In this document: piece after piece, positions 28,799 to 39,370 of the stretch
Layout of the letters: each line of letters begins with the position of its first letter
Numbering within the stretch: position 1 is the first letter of the stretch
Assembly (NCBI GenBank): GCA_942492505.1
Contig: CALOFD010000027.1
Location: 67,242 to 131,241, forward strand
Direction: 5' to 3'
DNA: 64,000 nucleotides
Source of the DNA: Thermoanaerobaculia bacterium
GTDB lineage: Bacteria; Acidobacteriota; Thermoanaerobaculia; Multivoradales; Multivoraceae
Translations under genes and position numbers: made by a program
The notes under the pieces: model-generated
Seen by the model: only the letters and a program-made list of their open reading frames with translations
Databases searched by the model: none
Told to the model about the DNA's origin: nothing

Positions 28799-29548
28799 TC
28801 AGGCAGGTCGGGTGCCGAAGATGCCGGTCCCCACGCGGACGTGGGTGGCACCCTCTTCGATCGCGACCGCGAAGTCGGCGCTCATCCCCATGGAGAGGGC
28901 CGAGGAGGGTTGAAGGAGTCCCTCGCTTGCGGCTCTTTCCCGAAAGTCTCGCATCATGCCGAACCATCTCCGGGAACCTTCGGGTTCGATGCTGGGAGGC
29001 GGTATCGCCATCAGTCCTCCGACTTCGAGGTGATGGAGATTCGCCAACGCCTCGAGAGCCGCCAGAACCTCTGTCGGACGAAAGCCGTGCTTTGTCGGCT
29101 CCTCGCCCAGGTTGACCTGGGCGAAGCAGGGGAGGACTCTTCCCAGCTCGCCGGCGTGACGATCGAGCGCTACCGCGATCGACAGGCGATCGACCGATTC
29201 GACGAGATCGAAGGTCGCCGCGGCTCTCTTTGCCTTGTTGCTCTGAAGCGGGCCGATCAGGTGCCACTCGGCTTGCGACGGCAGCTGACCGCGCTTGGCT
29301 TCGGCCTCTTGAACCCGGTTCTCGCCGAAGGTCCGAAGGCCGGCGTCCCAGGCTGCCTGAAGTTTCTCGACCGGCTGGCGTTTGCTGGCTCCGACGAGGA
29401 CGATCTCGGAGCCGCGGCGTCCGCTCACTCGGGCGGCTCGATCGATTTGGAGCCGGATCTCGGCGAGGCGGTCTTCCAGGCGGGATTCGGTCGGCTCGAT
29501 CAGGACCCTTCGTCGCTCCAGAAAAGAAACCGCTGGCAGCTCTCGCAC
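28799..29548 (-). CDS. yggS: PLP homeostasis protein YggS (alanine racemase N-terminal fold)
   Basis: LVGASKRQP (PLP-lysine), FGENRVQEA, HLIGPLQSNKAK and LSMGMSADF motifs. Start uncertain: GTG 29548 is the nearest canonical start, and the 336-aa ORF-track version is an extension. Confidence 0.8.
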   Translation of the reverse strand: MRELPAVSFLERRRVLIEPTESRLEDRLAEIRLQIDRAARVSGRRGSEIVLVGASKRQPVEKLQAAWDAGLRTFGENRVQEAEAKRGQLPSQAEWHLIGPLQSNKAKRAAATFDLVESVDRLSIAVALDRHAGELGRVLPCFAQVNLGEEPTKHGFRPTEVLAALEALANLHHLEVGGLMAIPPPSIEPEGSRRWFGMMRDFRERAASEGLLQPSSALSMGMSADFAVAIEEGATHVRVGTGIFGTRPA

Positions 29549-30243
29549 TGGTTCAGGCTGCCGTTGTTCCTGATGTCCATGACCACCTGCGGCCGTACCC
29601 GATAGTTGCAATTCGAGCAGTGCCAGACCGAAATCGCCTTCGCTCCCTTCTCGACCATCGCGATCGGCGCCAGCGCCTGACCGTCGAGGCGCTCGAAGAG
29701 GCGTCGGAAGTGCAACATCACGTTGGCCGGAATCGAAGCCTTGAGCTCTTCGATCTCGGCCTCGAGCCGTTTGAGTTCTTCGGCCACTGCCGGCTTCTCG
29801 GCCTCCCACTTCTTGAGGGCTTCCTGGTAGCGGGCGTCGAGCTCGGCGAAGTCGGCCTGCAGGGTCTCCTCCTGGGTCCTGGCCGAGTCACCGGCTTCGA
29901 TGGCCTTCAGTGCGATCTCTTCCTGGCTGGTCATCTCGGCCCTGGCTTCGTCGATCTCCTTGAGCAGCGAGCCGTACTCGCGCTGGGTGGTGATCTGACT
30001 GACCTGGGCCTGATACTTCTCGAAACGGGCCTGGGCGTCTTCGGCGGCGGATTCGGCGGCTCGGCGTTCGAGTTCGGCTTCGGTTTTCTGATCGCGGAGG
30101 GCCTGGATGGCTCCGAATCGTTCCTGGTGTTCGTCGTGGAGCTCCTGCATCGAGTCTGGAACGCCCTCGAGGAGCTTGCGGGCCGCTTCGGCTCGGTTCA
30201 AGGTGTCTTGCAGTTGAACCAGAGAATCGAGATCGCGTGCCAT
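29500..30243 (-). CDS. Coiled-coil protein with C-terminal C4 zinc ribbon (COG1579-like)
   Basis: 247 aa; long heptad-like region then HCSNCNYRV...CESCQRFL. Confidence 0.75.
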   Translation of the reverse strand: MARDLDSLVQLQDTLNRAEAARKLLEGVPDSMQELHDEHQERFGAIQALRDQKTEAELERRAAESAAEDAQARFEKYQAQVSQITTQREYGSLLKEIDEARAEMTSQEEIALKAIEAGDSARTQEETLQADFAELDARYQEALKKWEAEKPAVAEELKRLEAEIEELKASIPANVMLHFRRLFERLDGQALAPIAMVEKGAKAISVWHCSNCNYRVRPQVVMDIRNNGSLNQCESCQRFLFWSDEGS

Positions 30244-30290
30244 AAAGTTTCTGCCTCCCTAGCAGCTGCCGCACCCGGGTGATTGTCCCG

Positions 30291-30366
30291 TGGTGGGCCC
30301 ACCTGGATTCGAACCAGAGACCTGCCGGTTATGAGCCGGATGCTCTTACCGCTGAGCTATGGACCC
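30291..30366 (-). tRNA. tRNA-Met (CAU anticodon), elongator-like; tRNA-Ile2/lysidine type not excluded
   Basis: 76-nt cloverleaf folded by hand: acceptor GGGTCCA/TGGGCCC, anticodon loop CTCATAA, T-arm with GGTTCGAATCC, encoded 3' CCA; the G1:C72 pair argues against an initiator. Confidence 0.9.
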
Positions 30367-30419
30367 TGCGACTCCAAGACGAGACAGTCTAGCACCGAAT
30401 GACGCTCGAGGGTTGCTCC

Positions 30420-32021
30420 TCAAGATCCGAATCTGGAGCCGAGGAGGCCGGCGTCGCCTTGTGCGAGAACGGCAACCAACTCGTCGTCGAACCAGTTGTT
30501 GGCGAGTCGAATCCGCGCGTCGGTGCGCTCTTCGTAGATGGCGCGAGCGCGGTCGATATCGTCGCTCAGTCGGGTCAGGATGTCGCCCTGGAGACGGCCT
30601 CGCTGCAGTTCGTCCCGGTTGTAGAGCTCGATCTCGCTGACCAGCAGCCGAGCCAGGCGCCTGGCCTCCTGCTCCGGATCGTCGACTTCGTCTCCGCTGG
30701 CGTGCGGCGATGAAAAGGCCGATCCCGGTCCGGCCAGGTCCCCGGGCGGCTGCACCAGGGTGTCCTGGAGCGCACTGATCTCGGGGTTGGCGGTGCCTTC
30801 ATCCCCGCGCGCCGACGAATCTCGCCCCGAGTTCGAGAGGGCTTCATCCACACCACCGCCCTTGTCGACGGTATCGCCGGTGACGATGTCGGGCTTGCCG
30901 GGTCCATCGGAATCGACGGGATCGACAGAAGGGGCCTCGGGGGAGCCTTCGGGGACTTCAGGGTCGGCAGCCGCCAGTTCGTCGTCTGCGTCGGCCTCTC
31001 CGATGACAGTGCCGTCGGGGGCCGAACGGTTCGCCCGGTCTGCGGGGTCTTGCGACGCTCGACCGAAACCGACCCGTACCGGGTCGAAGTCATTCTCGAG
31101 GTCGGCCGGGATCGGGGTGTGGGTCTCGGCTGAAGAGTCGCTGAGGTCGCCTGCGGTCGCGGGCAGCCCACCGGGCGTTTCGCTCCCCTCGAACTCGACC
31201 GCCTCCATGACCGTGAGCATGTCGGAAGACATCCTGGTCGCCGCCCCGTCCGCGTCCTGCACGGCGTCCAAGGACGAATCGTCGGAGGTGGCCTCGAGGA
31301 TCTCTTCATCGGCGTCGTCCCAGGAAGGGTCGGGCCGAGAGTGCTCACCGGGATCGGAGTCCTCGTCCTCGACGGGGCTCGGTGCGCGGCCTTCGAGGGA
31401 GCCCGATTCGGGCGCCTCGACCGGTTCGATGGCTGCTGCGAGGATTGCGTCGTCGGTCGTGACCGTTGTCGCTTCGAGGACGTCTTCGAGCGCCGAAGCC
31501 TGTCCCTCCCGCACGCTCATGAGGTCCATCGACTGGGCTGCGCCGTGGCAGAGGATCTGCACCTCGTCGAGCGGCAATTCAGAGATCGAATCGTCCTGCA
31601 GGGCGATGACGGCGGCCGTCCGTCCGCGGAGCACGAACGGTACGAGAGCGGTCTCGTCGTTGCCCGAGAGGAATCGCAGGGGACGCTCCTCCTGGAGGAT
31701 CGCGTCCCACTCGTCGCTTGGCGCGAGGGATCCGCTGTCGCGCGGCCACTCGACGAAATCTCCGCCGCGAACGAGAAAGACGTAGCTGCGACGGCAGCGG
31801 GTCCTTGCGGCGTTGAGAAGCCGGTTCAGGACCTCGCCCTGGCTCCGTGCGCGCTCGAAAGCCGCCAGGTCGCGGCGCAGTCGGACGATCTTGCTGTCTT
31901 CCCGGAGCGCAGGGTCGCTCGTGACAGTGGCTCGGATGCCCTCGATCTGGGATTCGAGAGTCTGACGGAGCAGGTCGAGGCCCTGCAGGAGTTCATGTCC
32001 CTCCTCGGCGCCTTGTTTCAT
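30420..32021 (-). CDS. Hypothetical protein: GAF-like N-terminal region, ~250-aa acidic low-complexity linker, compact helical C-terminal module
   Basis: 533 aa from ATG 32021 (MKQGAEEGHELL); the central region is very Asp/Glu/Ser/Pro-rich; C-terminus reads EARRLARLLVSEIELYNRDELQRGRLQGDILTRLSDDIDRARAIYEER; family not recognised. Confidence 0.5.
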   Translation of the reverse strand: MKQGAEEGHELLQGLDLLRQTLESQIEGIRATVTSDPALREDSKIVRLRRDLAAFERARSQGEVLNRLLNAARTRCRRSYVFLVRGGDFVEWPRDSGSLAPSDEWDAILQEERPLRFLSGNDETALVPFVLRGRTAAVIALQDDSISELPLDEVQILCHGAAQSMDLMSVREGQASALEDVLEATTVTTDDAILAAAIEPVEAPESGSLEGRAPSPVEDEDSDPGEHSRPDPSWDDADEEILEATSDDSSLDAVQDADGAATRMSSDMLTVMEAVEFEGSETPGGLPATAGDLSDSSAETHTPIPADLENDFDPVRVGFGRASQDPADRANRSAPDGTVIGEADADDELAAADPEVPEGSPEAPSVDPVDSDGPGKPDIVTGDTVDKGGGVDEALSNSGRDSSARGDEGTANPEISALQDTLVQPPGDLAGPGSAFSSPHASGDEVDDPEQEARRLARLLVSEIELYNRDELQRGRLQGDILTRLSDDIDRARAIYEERTDARIRLANNWFDDELVAVLAQGDAGLLGSRFGS

Positions 32022-32132
32022 GTCTGGAATCCTGGGGTTGGGGACGGGAAGCGCGCAGGATCTTCGCTCAGGCTCCGCGGAACTGTCAAGCAACGAAGGC
32101 TCGGCGGACCTGGCCCCGGCGCGGCCGACACG

Positions 32133-32162
32133 TTGCAATCGAAGCGCTTCGTGTGCTGAAAT
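32133..32162 (+). promoter_or_regulatory. Candidate sigma-70 promoter (TTGCAA-N18-TGAAAT) with an embedded 10-bp palindrome GAAGCGCTTC
   Basis: TTGCAA at 32133-32138, palindrome at 32141-32150, TGAAAT at 32157-32162; about 50 nt upstream of the lipoprotein ATG 32211. Confidence 0.3.
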
Positions 32163-32210
32163 CGTTGTCTACATTGCCTGTTCGCGTCGATTTCCACCGG
32201 GAGGAACGAG

Positions 32211-32993
32211 ATGTCCAAGATCCTTCGTTTGTTGACTTTGTTGGTGCTGATGTCCGGACTCGTGATCGCCTGCGGATCGGGCGACGAGGAGGGGGAGTCG
32301 GAAAAGGCGGCCGAATGGGCAGCGGTGCAGAGCGAGCAGAGTGATCTGATGGCGATGCGGGCCGAGCTGGCCGAGTTGCGGACCCAGGCTGCGGTCGGTT
32401 TCGAGGAGGATGCCGAGGACGGAACCAGTCCCGAGGAGCAGCTCGCCAACCTGGAGGCCGAGATCGAGACGAAGGTGGCCGAGGTCAACGCCGCCGCCGA
32501 TGCCTTCAACGGCACCCTCGTCGAGTTCATCAACAAGTATGCAGGCTTCGAAGGTGAGGAACTGGACGACATCCAGGCTGCTGCGATCCGCATGAAGAGC
32601 GGCGAGGACATCGAGCTTGCGGCGGACTACATCCGTCGTGGTGGCGACTACAAGCGCGCGATCGACATTCTCAGCAACGCCTTGATGGTCGATCCCGACA
32701 ATCCCGACCTGAGCGCGCGGCTGGAGGCGGCCGAGGAAGCGCGCTACATGGATGAGGAGCGCTTCGCCCTGGTCGAGACCGGAATGACCGAGAAGCAGGT
32801 CGTCGCGGCCATCGGTCAGGTGTTTCACCGCAACGTGCGTGAGCAGGCCGATCGCGGCATCACGACGTGGCTCTATCCGCGCCTCGAGGGTGCGGCCGCT
32901 GCCGTGTACTTCAAGAAATCGGGTGACTCCCTGGTGGTGTACGAGACCAATTTCGACGCCGTCAAGCCGGCCGCGGAGAGGGTCGAAGAGTAG
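32211..32993 (+). CDS. Lipoprotein, function unknown (C-terminal BamE/SmpA-like fold possible)
   Basis: Signal peptide plus lipobox LVIAC; GGAGG-type RBS (gggaggaa) upstream; helical acidic middle; C-terminal MTEKQVVAAIGQ...WLYP...VYFKKSGDSLVVYE. Confidence 0.6.
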   Translation: MSKILRLLTLLVLMSGLVIACGSGDEEGESEKAAEWAAVQSEQSDLMAMRAELAELRTQAAVGFEEDAEDGTSPEEQLANLEAEIETKVAEVNAAADAFNGTLVEFINKYAGFEGEELDDIQAAAIRMKSGEDIELAADYIRRGGDYKRAIDILSNALMVDPDNPDLSARLEAAEEARYMDEERFALVETGMTEKQVVAAIGQVFHRNVREQADRGITTWLYPRLEGAAAAVYFKKSGDSLVVYETNFDAVKPAAERVEE

Positions 32994-33003
32994 GCCGGTT
33001 CGA

Positions 33004-33032
33004 TTGACTCGGCGCTCCGGCTGCGTCAGAAT
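33004..33032 (+). promoter_or_regulatory. Candidate sigma-70 promoter for rpsU-dnaG-rpoD (TTGACT-N17-CAGAAT)
   Basis: TTGACT at 33004-33009 and CAGAAT at 33027-33032, about 55 nt upstream of rpsU. Confidence 0.35.
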
Positions 33033-33084
33033 GGCTAGCTCGGCCGTTGCTGGTCGAGAAGACTTCAAATTCGAAAGTAGGTGA

Positions 33085-33300
33085 TTGGAAATGCCCTTTG
33101 TGCAAGTGCGCGAAGAGGAGAGTTTCGAGAACGCACTGCGTCGCTTCAAGCGTAAATGCGAGAAGGAAGGCATCCTGACAGAGCTCAGGAAGCGTCAGCA
33201 CTTCGAGAAGCCTTCGGTGAAGCGCAAGCGGAAGGCCGTCGCGGCCCAGAAGAAAATGGCCCGCAAGTTGATGGAAGATCGTCGCGCAGGACTGGCGTGA
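33085..33300 (+). CDS. rpsU: 30S ribosomal protein S21
   Basis: 71 aa; [45 protein letters not shown]; the start may be ATG 33091. Confidence 0.9.
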   Translation: MEMPFVQVREEESFENALRRFKRKCEKEGILTELRKRQHFEKPSVKRKRKAVAAQKKMARKLMEDRRAGLA

Positions 33301-33329
33301 CGCGGCCTCCTTTTTCTGCCTCCAAGATC

Positions 33330-33367
33330 GGGGAGTGGGCTTTCGGGCTCACTCCCCTTCGTTTTTC
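33330..33367 (+). terminator. Intercistronic hairpin plus T-tract between rpsU and dnaG (attenuating terminator candidate)
   Basis: GGGGAGTG ... CACTCCCC (33330-33357) followed by TTCGTTTTTCC. Confidence 0.55.
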
Positions 33368-33429
33368 CAGGGGTGGCGAAGCCCTGTTGTCGGTCGGCGC
33401 CCGGATTGTCGCCGGGCAGAAGCAATTCC

Positions 33430-35193
33430 TTGAGTCTCGGTAACGTCAATCTCACCCCACAGCTGGTCCAGGCGGTTCGCGATGCCGTCGACATTTCGGA
33501 CATCGCGGCCCGCCACACGAGGCTCGAGAAACGCGGCAACCGGATGGTCGGCCTGTGTCCGATCCACAAGGAGAAGACGCCGTCCTTCAGTGTCGATCCG
33601 GATCAGGGGCTCTACTACTGCTTCGGCTGTGGCGCCGGCGGGGACGCCATCAAGCTCCACATGGTCACGACTGGTGACGACTTCCCTGCCGCCATCGAGA
33701 GCCTGGCACGAGAGTACGGAATCCCTCTTCCGTCGGTCGGGTCGAGATCTCGCGCTGCGAGCGGTCCCGATCCTTCGGTGGCGCTCGAGGCTGCCCAGGA
33801 GTTCTTCACGGAACGCCTCCGAGCGACCCGCGGCATCCTCGAGTACCTCGATCGTCGCAAGATTCCGGTGGAACTGATCCAGGGCTTCGGCCTGGGCTAT
33901 GCCCCCGACGAGTGGCAGGCGCTCCACGACCGTCTGACTGCGCGCATACCGGTCAAGGATCTGGAGTCTGCCGGTCTGGTGGCCCGGTCGGAGAAGAACC
34001 CGTCACGACTCTACGATCGCTTCCGTGATCGCCTGATGTTTCCGATCCGCGATACCACCGGCAGACTGGTCGGTTTCGGGGGCAGAACCATGGGAGATCA
34101 CCCCGCCAAGTACATCAACACCGCCGAGACCGAACGCTTCCAGAAGCGCACGCTGCTCTACGGCATGGATGTAGCCCGCAAATCTGTCCGAGAGCGGGGG
34201 ACCCTCGTCCTGGTCGAGGGCTATTTCGATCTACTCGCGATGGTGGCCTCGGGGATCGACTATGCGGCGGCCACCATGGGGACCGCGCTGAGCGCCGAAC
34301 AGGTTCGGCTCTGCGCACGCTATGCCGAGCGCGTGATCCTCTGCTACGACGGCGACGCGGCCGGAGTGAAGGCGAGGAGTCGGGCACTTCCGAGTCTGCT
34401 GGGACAGGGTCTGGAGGTTCTGCAGGTCAGCCTTGCGGAGGGCAGCGATCCCGATACGGTTCGTCTCGAGGAAGGGCCGGAGGCCCTGCGAGCGGCGGTC
34501 GAGGGGGCCACCGACGCGCTGGAAGACGAGGTTCAGAAGCTGGCCCCGTCTCGTGACGCCCGTCCCGCCGACCAGGCCCGTGCGGCGGCTTCCATTCGCG
34601 AACTGCTGGCGTCGGTGAAAGATCCGGTGGCGCGGTTCGCCTACAGCCGACGCGCCGCCGATCTCGTGGGACTGCCGGTGGACCTCCTGATGCGATCCCG
34701 CCGGGACGCCCGAGCGGCCGACGGCAAGCCCTCCGAAACCAATCAACGACGGGAAGTCGCGAGTCTCGAGGAGAGGGCTCTGCAGCTTCTGTTGCGCGAG
34801 ACCGACCGCGTTCCGGCGCTCGAGGACCTACCGGTGGAAGAAATCTTCCTCGATCGCGAATGTGGGAATATCTACCGGCTCTTCAGGCGTTTGTACGAAC
34901 AGGCCGGAACTGCGCCTACCGCGCAGGATGTTCTTTCGGCCCTGCCCGAAGACAGTGCGATTCTTGACCGGATGGCGCGTCTTCTGGTAGAAGAGACAGC
35001 TTGTTCGGAGGAGGAAGAGCTCGGGGGGGCCTTCGACCGACTGAACAGGCGTTGGCAGCGGCATCAGCTCAAACAACTTGCTCGTCAGATCACTGAAGCG
35101 CAGCGCAGCGGGCAGTCTGCGCGTGTCTTGGAACTCGTCGAAGAGAAGACTGCGCTGAGCCGATTACTGCACGAAATCGCGTCGGATCACTGA
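33430..35193 (+). CDS. dnaG: DNA primase
   Basis: Zinc-binding [30 protein letters not shown]; [15 protein letters not shown] ... CYDGDAAG. Start uncertain (in-frame TTG 33430; the ORF-track start is 33373). Confidence 0.9.
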   Translation: MSLGNVNLTPQLVQAVRDAVDISDIAARHTRLEKRGNRMVGLCPIHKEKTPSFSVDPDQGLYYCFGCGAGGDAIKLHMVTTGDDFPAAIESLAREYGIPLPSVGSRSRAASGPDPSVALEAAQEFFTERLRATRGILEYLDRRKIPVELIQGFGLGYAPDEWQALHDRLTARIPVKDLESAGLVARSEKNPSRLYDRFRDRLMFPIRDTTGRLVGFGGRTMGDHPAKYINTAETERFQKRTLLYGMDVARKSVRERGTLVLVEGYFDLLAMVASGIDYAAATMGTALSAEQVRLCARYAERVILCYDGDAAGVKARSRALPSLLGQGLEVLQVSLAEGSDPDTVRLEEGPEALRAAVEGATDALEDEVQKLAPSRDARPADQARAAASIRELLASVKDPVARFAYSRRAADLVGLPVDLLMRSRRDARAADGKPSETNQRREVASLEERALQLLLRETDRVPALEDLPVEEIFLDRECGNIYRLFRRLYEQAGTAPTAQDVLSALPEDSAILDRMARLLVEETACSEEEELGGAFDRLNRRWQRHQLKQLARQITEAQRSGQSARVLELVEEKTALSRLLHEIASDH

Positions 35194-35222
35194 GGCGTCG
35201 GTTCGGATCATCAGGAGAAGAA

Positions 35223-36920
<1,698 letters not shown>

Positions 36921-36999
36921 AGACTCAGGCCGGGTCGGCTGGATGAGCGGACCGCTGAAAGGGGCGTTGTTCTCGTGAAGCTGGGCTTGGAGGTGACCG

Positions 37000-37476
37000 T
37001 TGGCCGGTAGCCAGTTGGTGTTCTACGGCGAAGAGCTTCGTCGCGTCGACAGCGTGCTGCGCGATCTGTGGCGCGACGCCGTCGCCAGGGCGGTCTTTCT
37101 GATCGATCGCAACGGAGTTCAGCTCGCTTCGGCGGGCGAAGCCGAAACCTTCGATGCCACCTCGCTGGCGACCCTGACGGCCGGCAACGTGGCTGCGACC
37201 GACGGCCTGGCGCAGTTGATCGGCGAGCAGCGGTTCTCTTCGCTCGTTCACGAGGGCGAACACGAACACATCCACATTTCCATGGTGGCCGGACGATGCA
37301 TCTTGCTGGTGATCTTCGATGAACACACGTCGCTCGGCCTGGTGCGTCTGCGCGTCCGTCAGGCTTCGCTGCGTCTCGAAGATCTGCTGCGCTCGCTGCC
37401 GGGTCGGCAGGGTAAGGTGAGCGGCCCGCTCTCGCGGATCACGGACGAGGATATCGACGCCCTCTTCAGCGAGTGA
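37000..37476 (+). CDS. mglB: Roadblock/LC7-domain protein, MglB-type GTPase-activating partner
   Basis: 158 aa; AVFLIDRNGVQLASAG...TLTAGNVAATDGLA...ILLVIFDE roadblock pattern; TTG start with GGAGG at 36989-36993; sits immediately upstream of mglA. Confidence 0.8.
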   Translation: MAGSQLVFYGEELRRVDSVLRDLWRDAVARAVFLIDRNGVQLASAGEAETFDATSLATLTAGNVAATDGLAQLIGEQRFSSLVHEGEHEHIHISMVAGRCILLVIFDEHTSLGLVRLRVRQASLRLEDLLRSLPGRQGKVSGPLSRITDEDIDALFSE

Positions 37477-37487
37477 GGGCTGGGCGA

Positions 37488-38093
37488 ATGAGCTTCATCA
37501 ACTACGCGAACAAGGAGATTTCCTGCAAGATCGTCTACTTCGGTCCGGGCCTGGGCGGCAAGACGACGAACCTCGAACACATCTATCGTCAGACCGCTCC
37601 CGAAGCGAAGGGCCGGATGATCTCGCTGGCAACGGAGACCGAAAGAACCCTGTTCTTCGACTTCCTGCCGCTCGAACTCGGTACCATTCAAGGCTTCACG
37701 ATCCGTCTCCATCTGTACACGGTGCCGGGTCAGGTCTTCTATGAGGCCAGTCGTCGCCTGATTCTCCGAGGCGCTGATGGCGTAGTCTTCGTCGCCGACT
37801 CGCAGCCTGAACGGCGCGACGCGAACGTCGAGTCGGTTCGCGATCTGCAGCGCAACTTGAAAGACCACGGACTCGATCTCGTAACCATTCCGTATGCCTT
37901 GCAATTCAATAAGCGCGATCTTCCGAATCGCGTCGACGTGGAGGAAATGTACCGAACGCTGAACTTCAAGAGAGAACCCACATTCGAGGCGATCGCGACC
38001 CAGGGGGTGGGTGTCTTCGACACCTTGAAAGCCGTCTCGAAACAGGTTCTCCACGAACTCAAGCGGACCGGACAGGAAGCAGTCAATGAGTAA
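37488..38093 (+). CDS. mglA: Ras-like small GTPase MglA (polarity/motility switch)
   Basis: MSFINYANKEISCKIVYFGPGLGGKTTNLEHIY...RTLFFDFLPL...HLYTVPGQVFY...QFNKRDLP; near-colinear with Myxococcus MglA as I recall it. Confidence 0.9.
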   Translation: MSFINYANKEISCKIVYFGPGLGGKTTNLEHIYRQTAPEAKGRMISLATETERTLFFDFLPLELGTIQGFTIRLHLYTVPGQVFYEASRRLILRGADGVVFVADSQPERRDANVESVRDLQRNLKDHGLDLVTIPYALQFNKRDLPNRVDVEEMYRTLNFKREPTFEAIATQGVGVFDTLKAVSKQVLHELKRTGQEAVNE

Positions 38094-38577
38094 CACAAGC
38101 ACCCATGCCATCAAGGCACGAGAAGAAGCACAGAAGGCGTTCGACAAGGCCGTCGAGGCCCTGCACAAGAAGAACTGGGCGACGGCCCAGCAGGAGTTCG
38201 AGAAGGCTGCCGAGGCCCAGAAGGGTACACCGCTCGCAGAGCGCTCCCGGCGCTACATCACGGTCTGCGAGGACCGGCGTGCGAAGCCCACGGATGAGGC
38301 CGATACCTATCTGCTGGCCGTGGTCGCCAAGAATCGGGGCGACCTGGACGAGGCCATGGACTACTGCACGAGGGGCGGGCTGAAGGGTCGTGACGAACGA
38401 TTCGCCTATCTCGCTGCTGCCGTCGAATGCCTGCGCGAGAACGGCGAGGGCGCTGTCGATCAGCTCGCCAAGGCGATCGACCTCAATCCCGACAACAGGG
38501 TACACGCCTACCACGATCCGGACTTCCTCTTCCTGCGCGGCGATTCCGAGCTCTCGGCGATCTTCGCGGTCGAGTAG
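38086..38577 (+). CDS. Hypothetical TPR-like helical-repeat protein, translationally coupled to mglA
   Basis: 163 aa; the ATG overlaps the mglA stop (ATGAGTAA, 8-nt overlap); repeat-like helices AVEALHKKNWATAQQEFEKA, LLAVVAKNRGDLDEAMDYC and ECLRENGEGAVDQLAKAIDLNPDN. Confidence 0.55.
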   Translation: MSNTSTHAIKAREEAQKAFDKAVEALHKKNWATAQQEFEKAAEAQKGTPLAERSRRYITVCEDRRAKPTDEADTYLLAVVAKNRGDLDEAMDYCTRGGLKGRDERFAYLAAAVECLRENGEGAVDQLAKAIDLNPDNRVHAYHDPDFLFLRGDSELSAIFAVE

Positions 38578-38578
38578 C

Positions 38579-39370
38579 GTGCCGGCGGCCGAGGCTGCGG
38601 GCGCCGGTCGTTCGGAGAGGCCTTGCGTGGCAGTGATCCTCGCTGCCGGTCGCGGCAGCCGGATGGGCGGTGACGTTCCGAAGGTCCTGATTTCCGCCGC
38701 AGGCCGTCCCCTGCTCGAGTGGGTCGTCGATCTCTCTGAGCGAGCAGGCTGTCAGTCGACGGTGGCGATCGTCGGGTTCGGAGCCGAGGAGGTCCGCCGA
38801 CGATTCGCCCAGCGTGGACTGGGCTGGGCTCATCAGGCCGAACAGCTGGGAACCGGACATGCCCTGCTGCAGGCGGAGGAAGCCGTCCCTTCGCCTTCGC
38901 TCCTGCTCGTGCTCTCCGGCGATGCCCCCCTGCTGCGCGAGTCGACGGCCCGCCGACTGCTCGCTGCCGCTGAAGCAGGCTGGGGAGCCCTGGTGACGGC
39001 CACGCTCGACAACCCGGGAAGTCTCGGCAGGGTCGTGACCGACTCCGAAGGTCGTTACGTTCGGTGTGTCGAAGCCGCCGACGCGACGGCTGAGGAGCTG
39101 TCCATCCGGCGGGTGAACGCCGGCGTCTACGCGCTTCCGGCTCCCGATGTCTTCGACTTTCTGCGACGCCTTCAACCGGACAACGCCCAGGCGGAGATCT
39201 ACCTGCCCCAGGCACTCGAGCTGGCTGTCGAGGCGGGCCGAGACGTTCACTGTGTCGAGGTCTCCGATCCCTCCGAGGCCTGGGGAGTCAACGATTCGGC
39301 CGATCTCGCCCGGGTTTCAGGGGAACTGAACCGTCGCCATGAGACCGATCGAGGGAGCGGCCATGAGTAG
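38579..39370 (+). CDS. Nucleotidyltransferase (GlmU N-terminal-domain-like sugar-1-phosphate NTP transferase, no LbH domain)
   Basis: 264 aa from GTG 38579; AVILAAGRGSRMGGDVPKVL, QLGTGHAL and VLSGDAPLL motifs. Confidence 0.75.
   Translation: MPAAEAAGAGRSERPCVAVILAAGRGSRMGGDVPKVLISAAGRPLLEWVVDLSERAGCQSTVAIVGFGAEEVRRRFAQRGLGWAHQAEQLGTGHALLQAEEAVPSPSLLLVLSGDAPLLRESTARRLLAAAEAGWGALVTATLDNPGSLGRVVTDSEGRYVRCVEAADATAEELSIRRVNAGVYALPAPDVFDFLRRLQPDNAQAEIYLPQALELAVEAGRDVHCVEVSDPSEAWGVNDSADLARVSGELNRRHETDRGSGHE

Noticed and set aside
28799-29809. 336-aa version of the YggS ORF
   Set aside because: YggS homology starts near codon 100 of that ORF. The upstream part is Arg/Gly-rich and overlaps the zinc-ribbon gene. 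I shortened it to the nearest canonical start (GTG 29548), and the true start remains uncertain.
30244-30419. tRNA-Met as an integration hotspot or genomic-island boundary
   Set aside because: There is no integrase, no phage or transposon genes, and no visible direct repeat of the tRNA 3' end nearby. Both flanks are ordinary chromosomal genes with the same composition.
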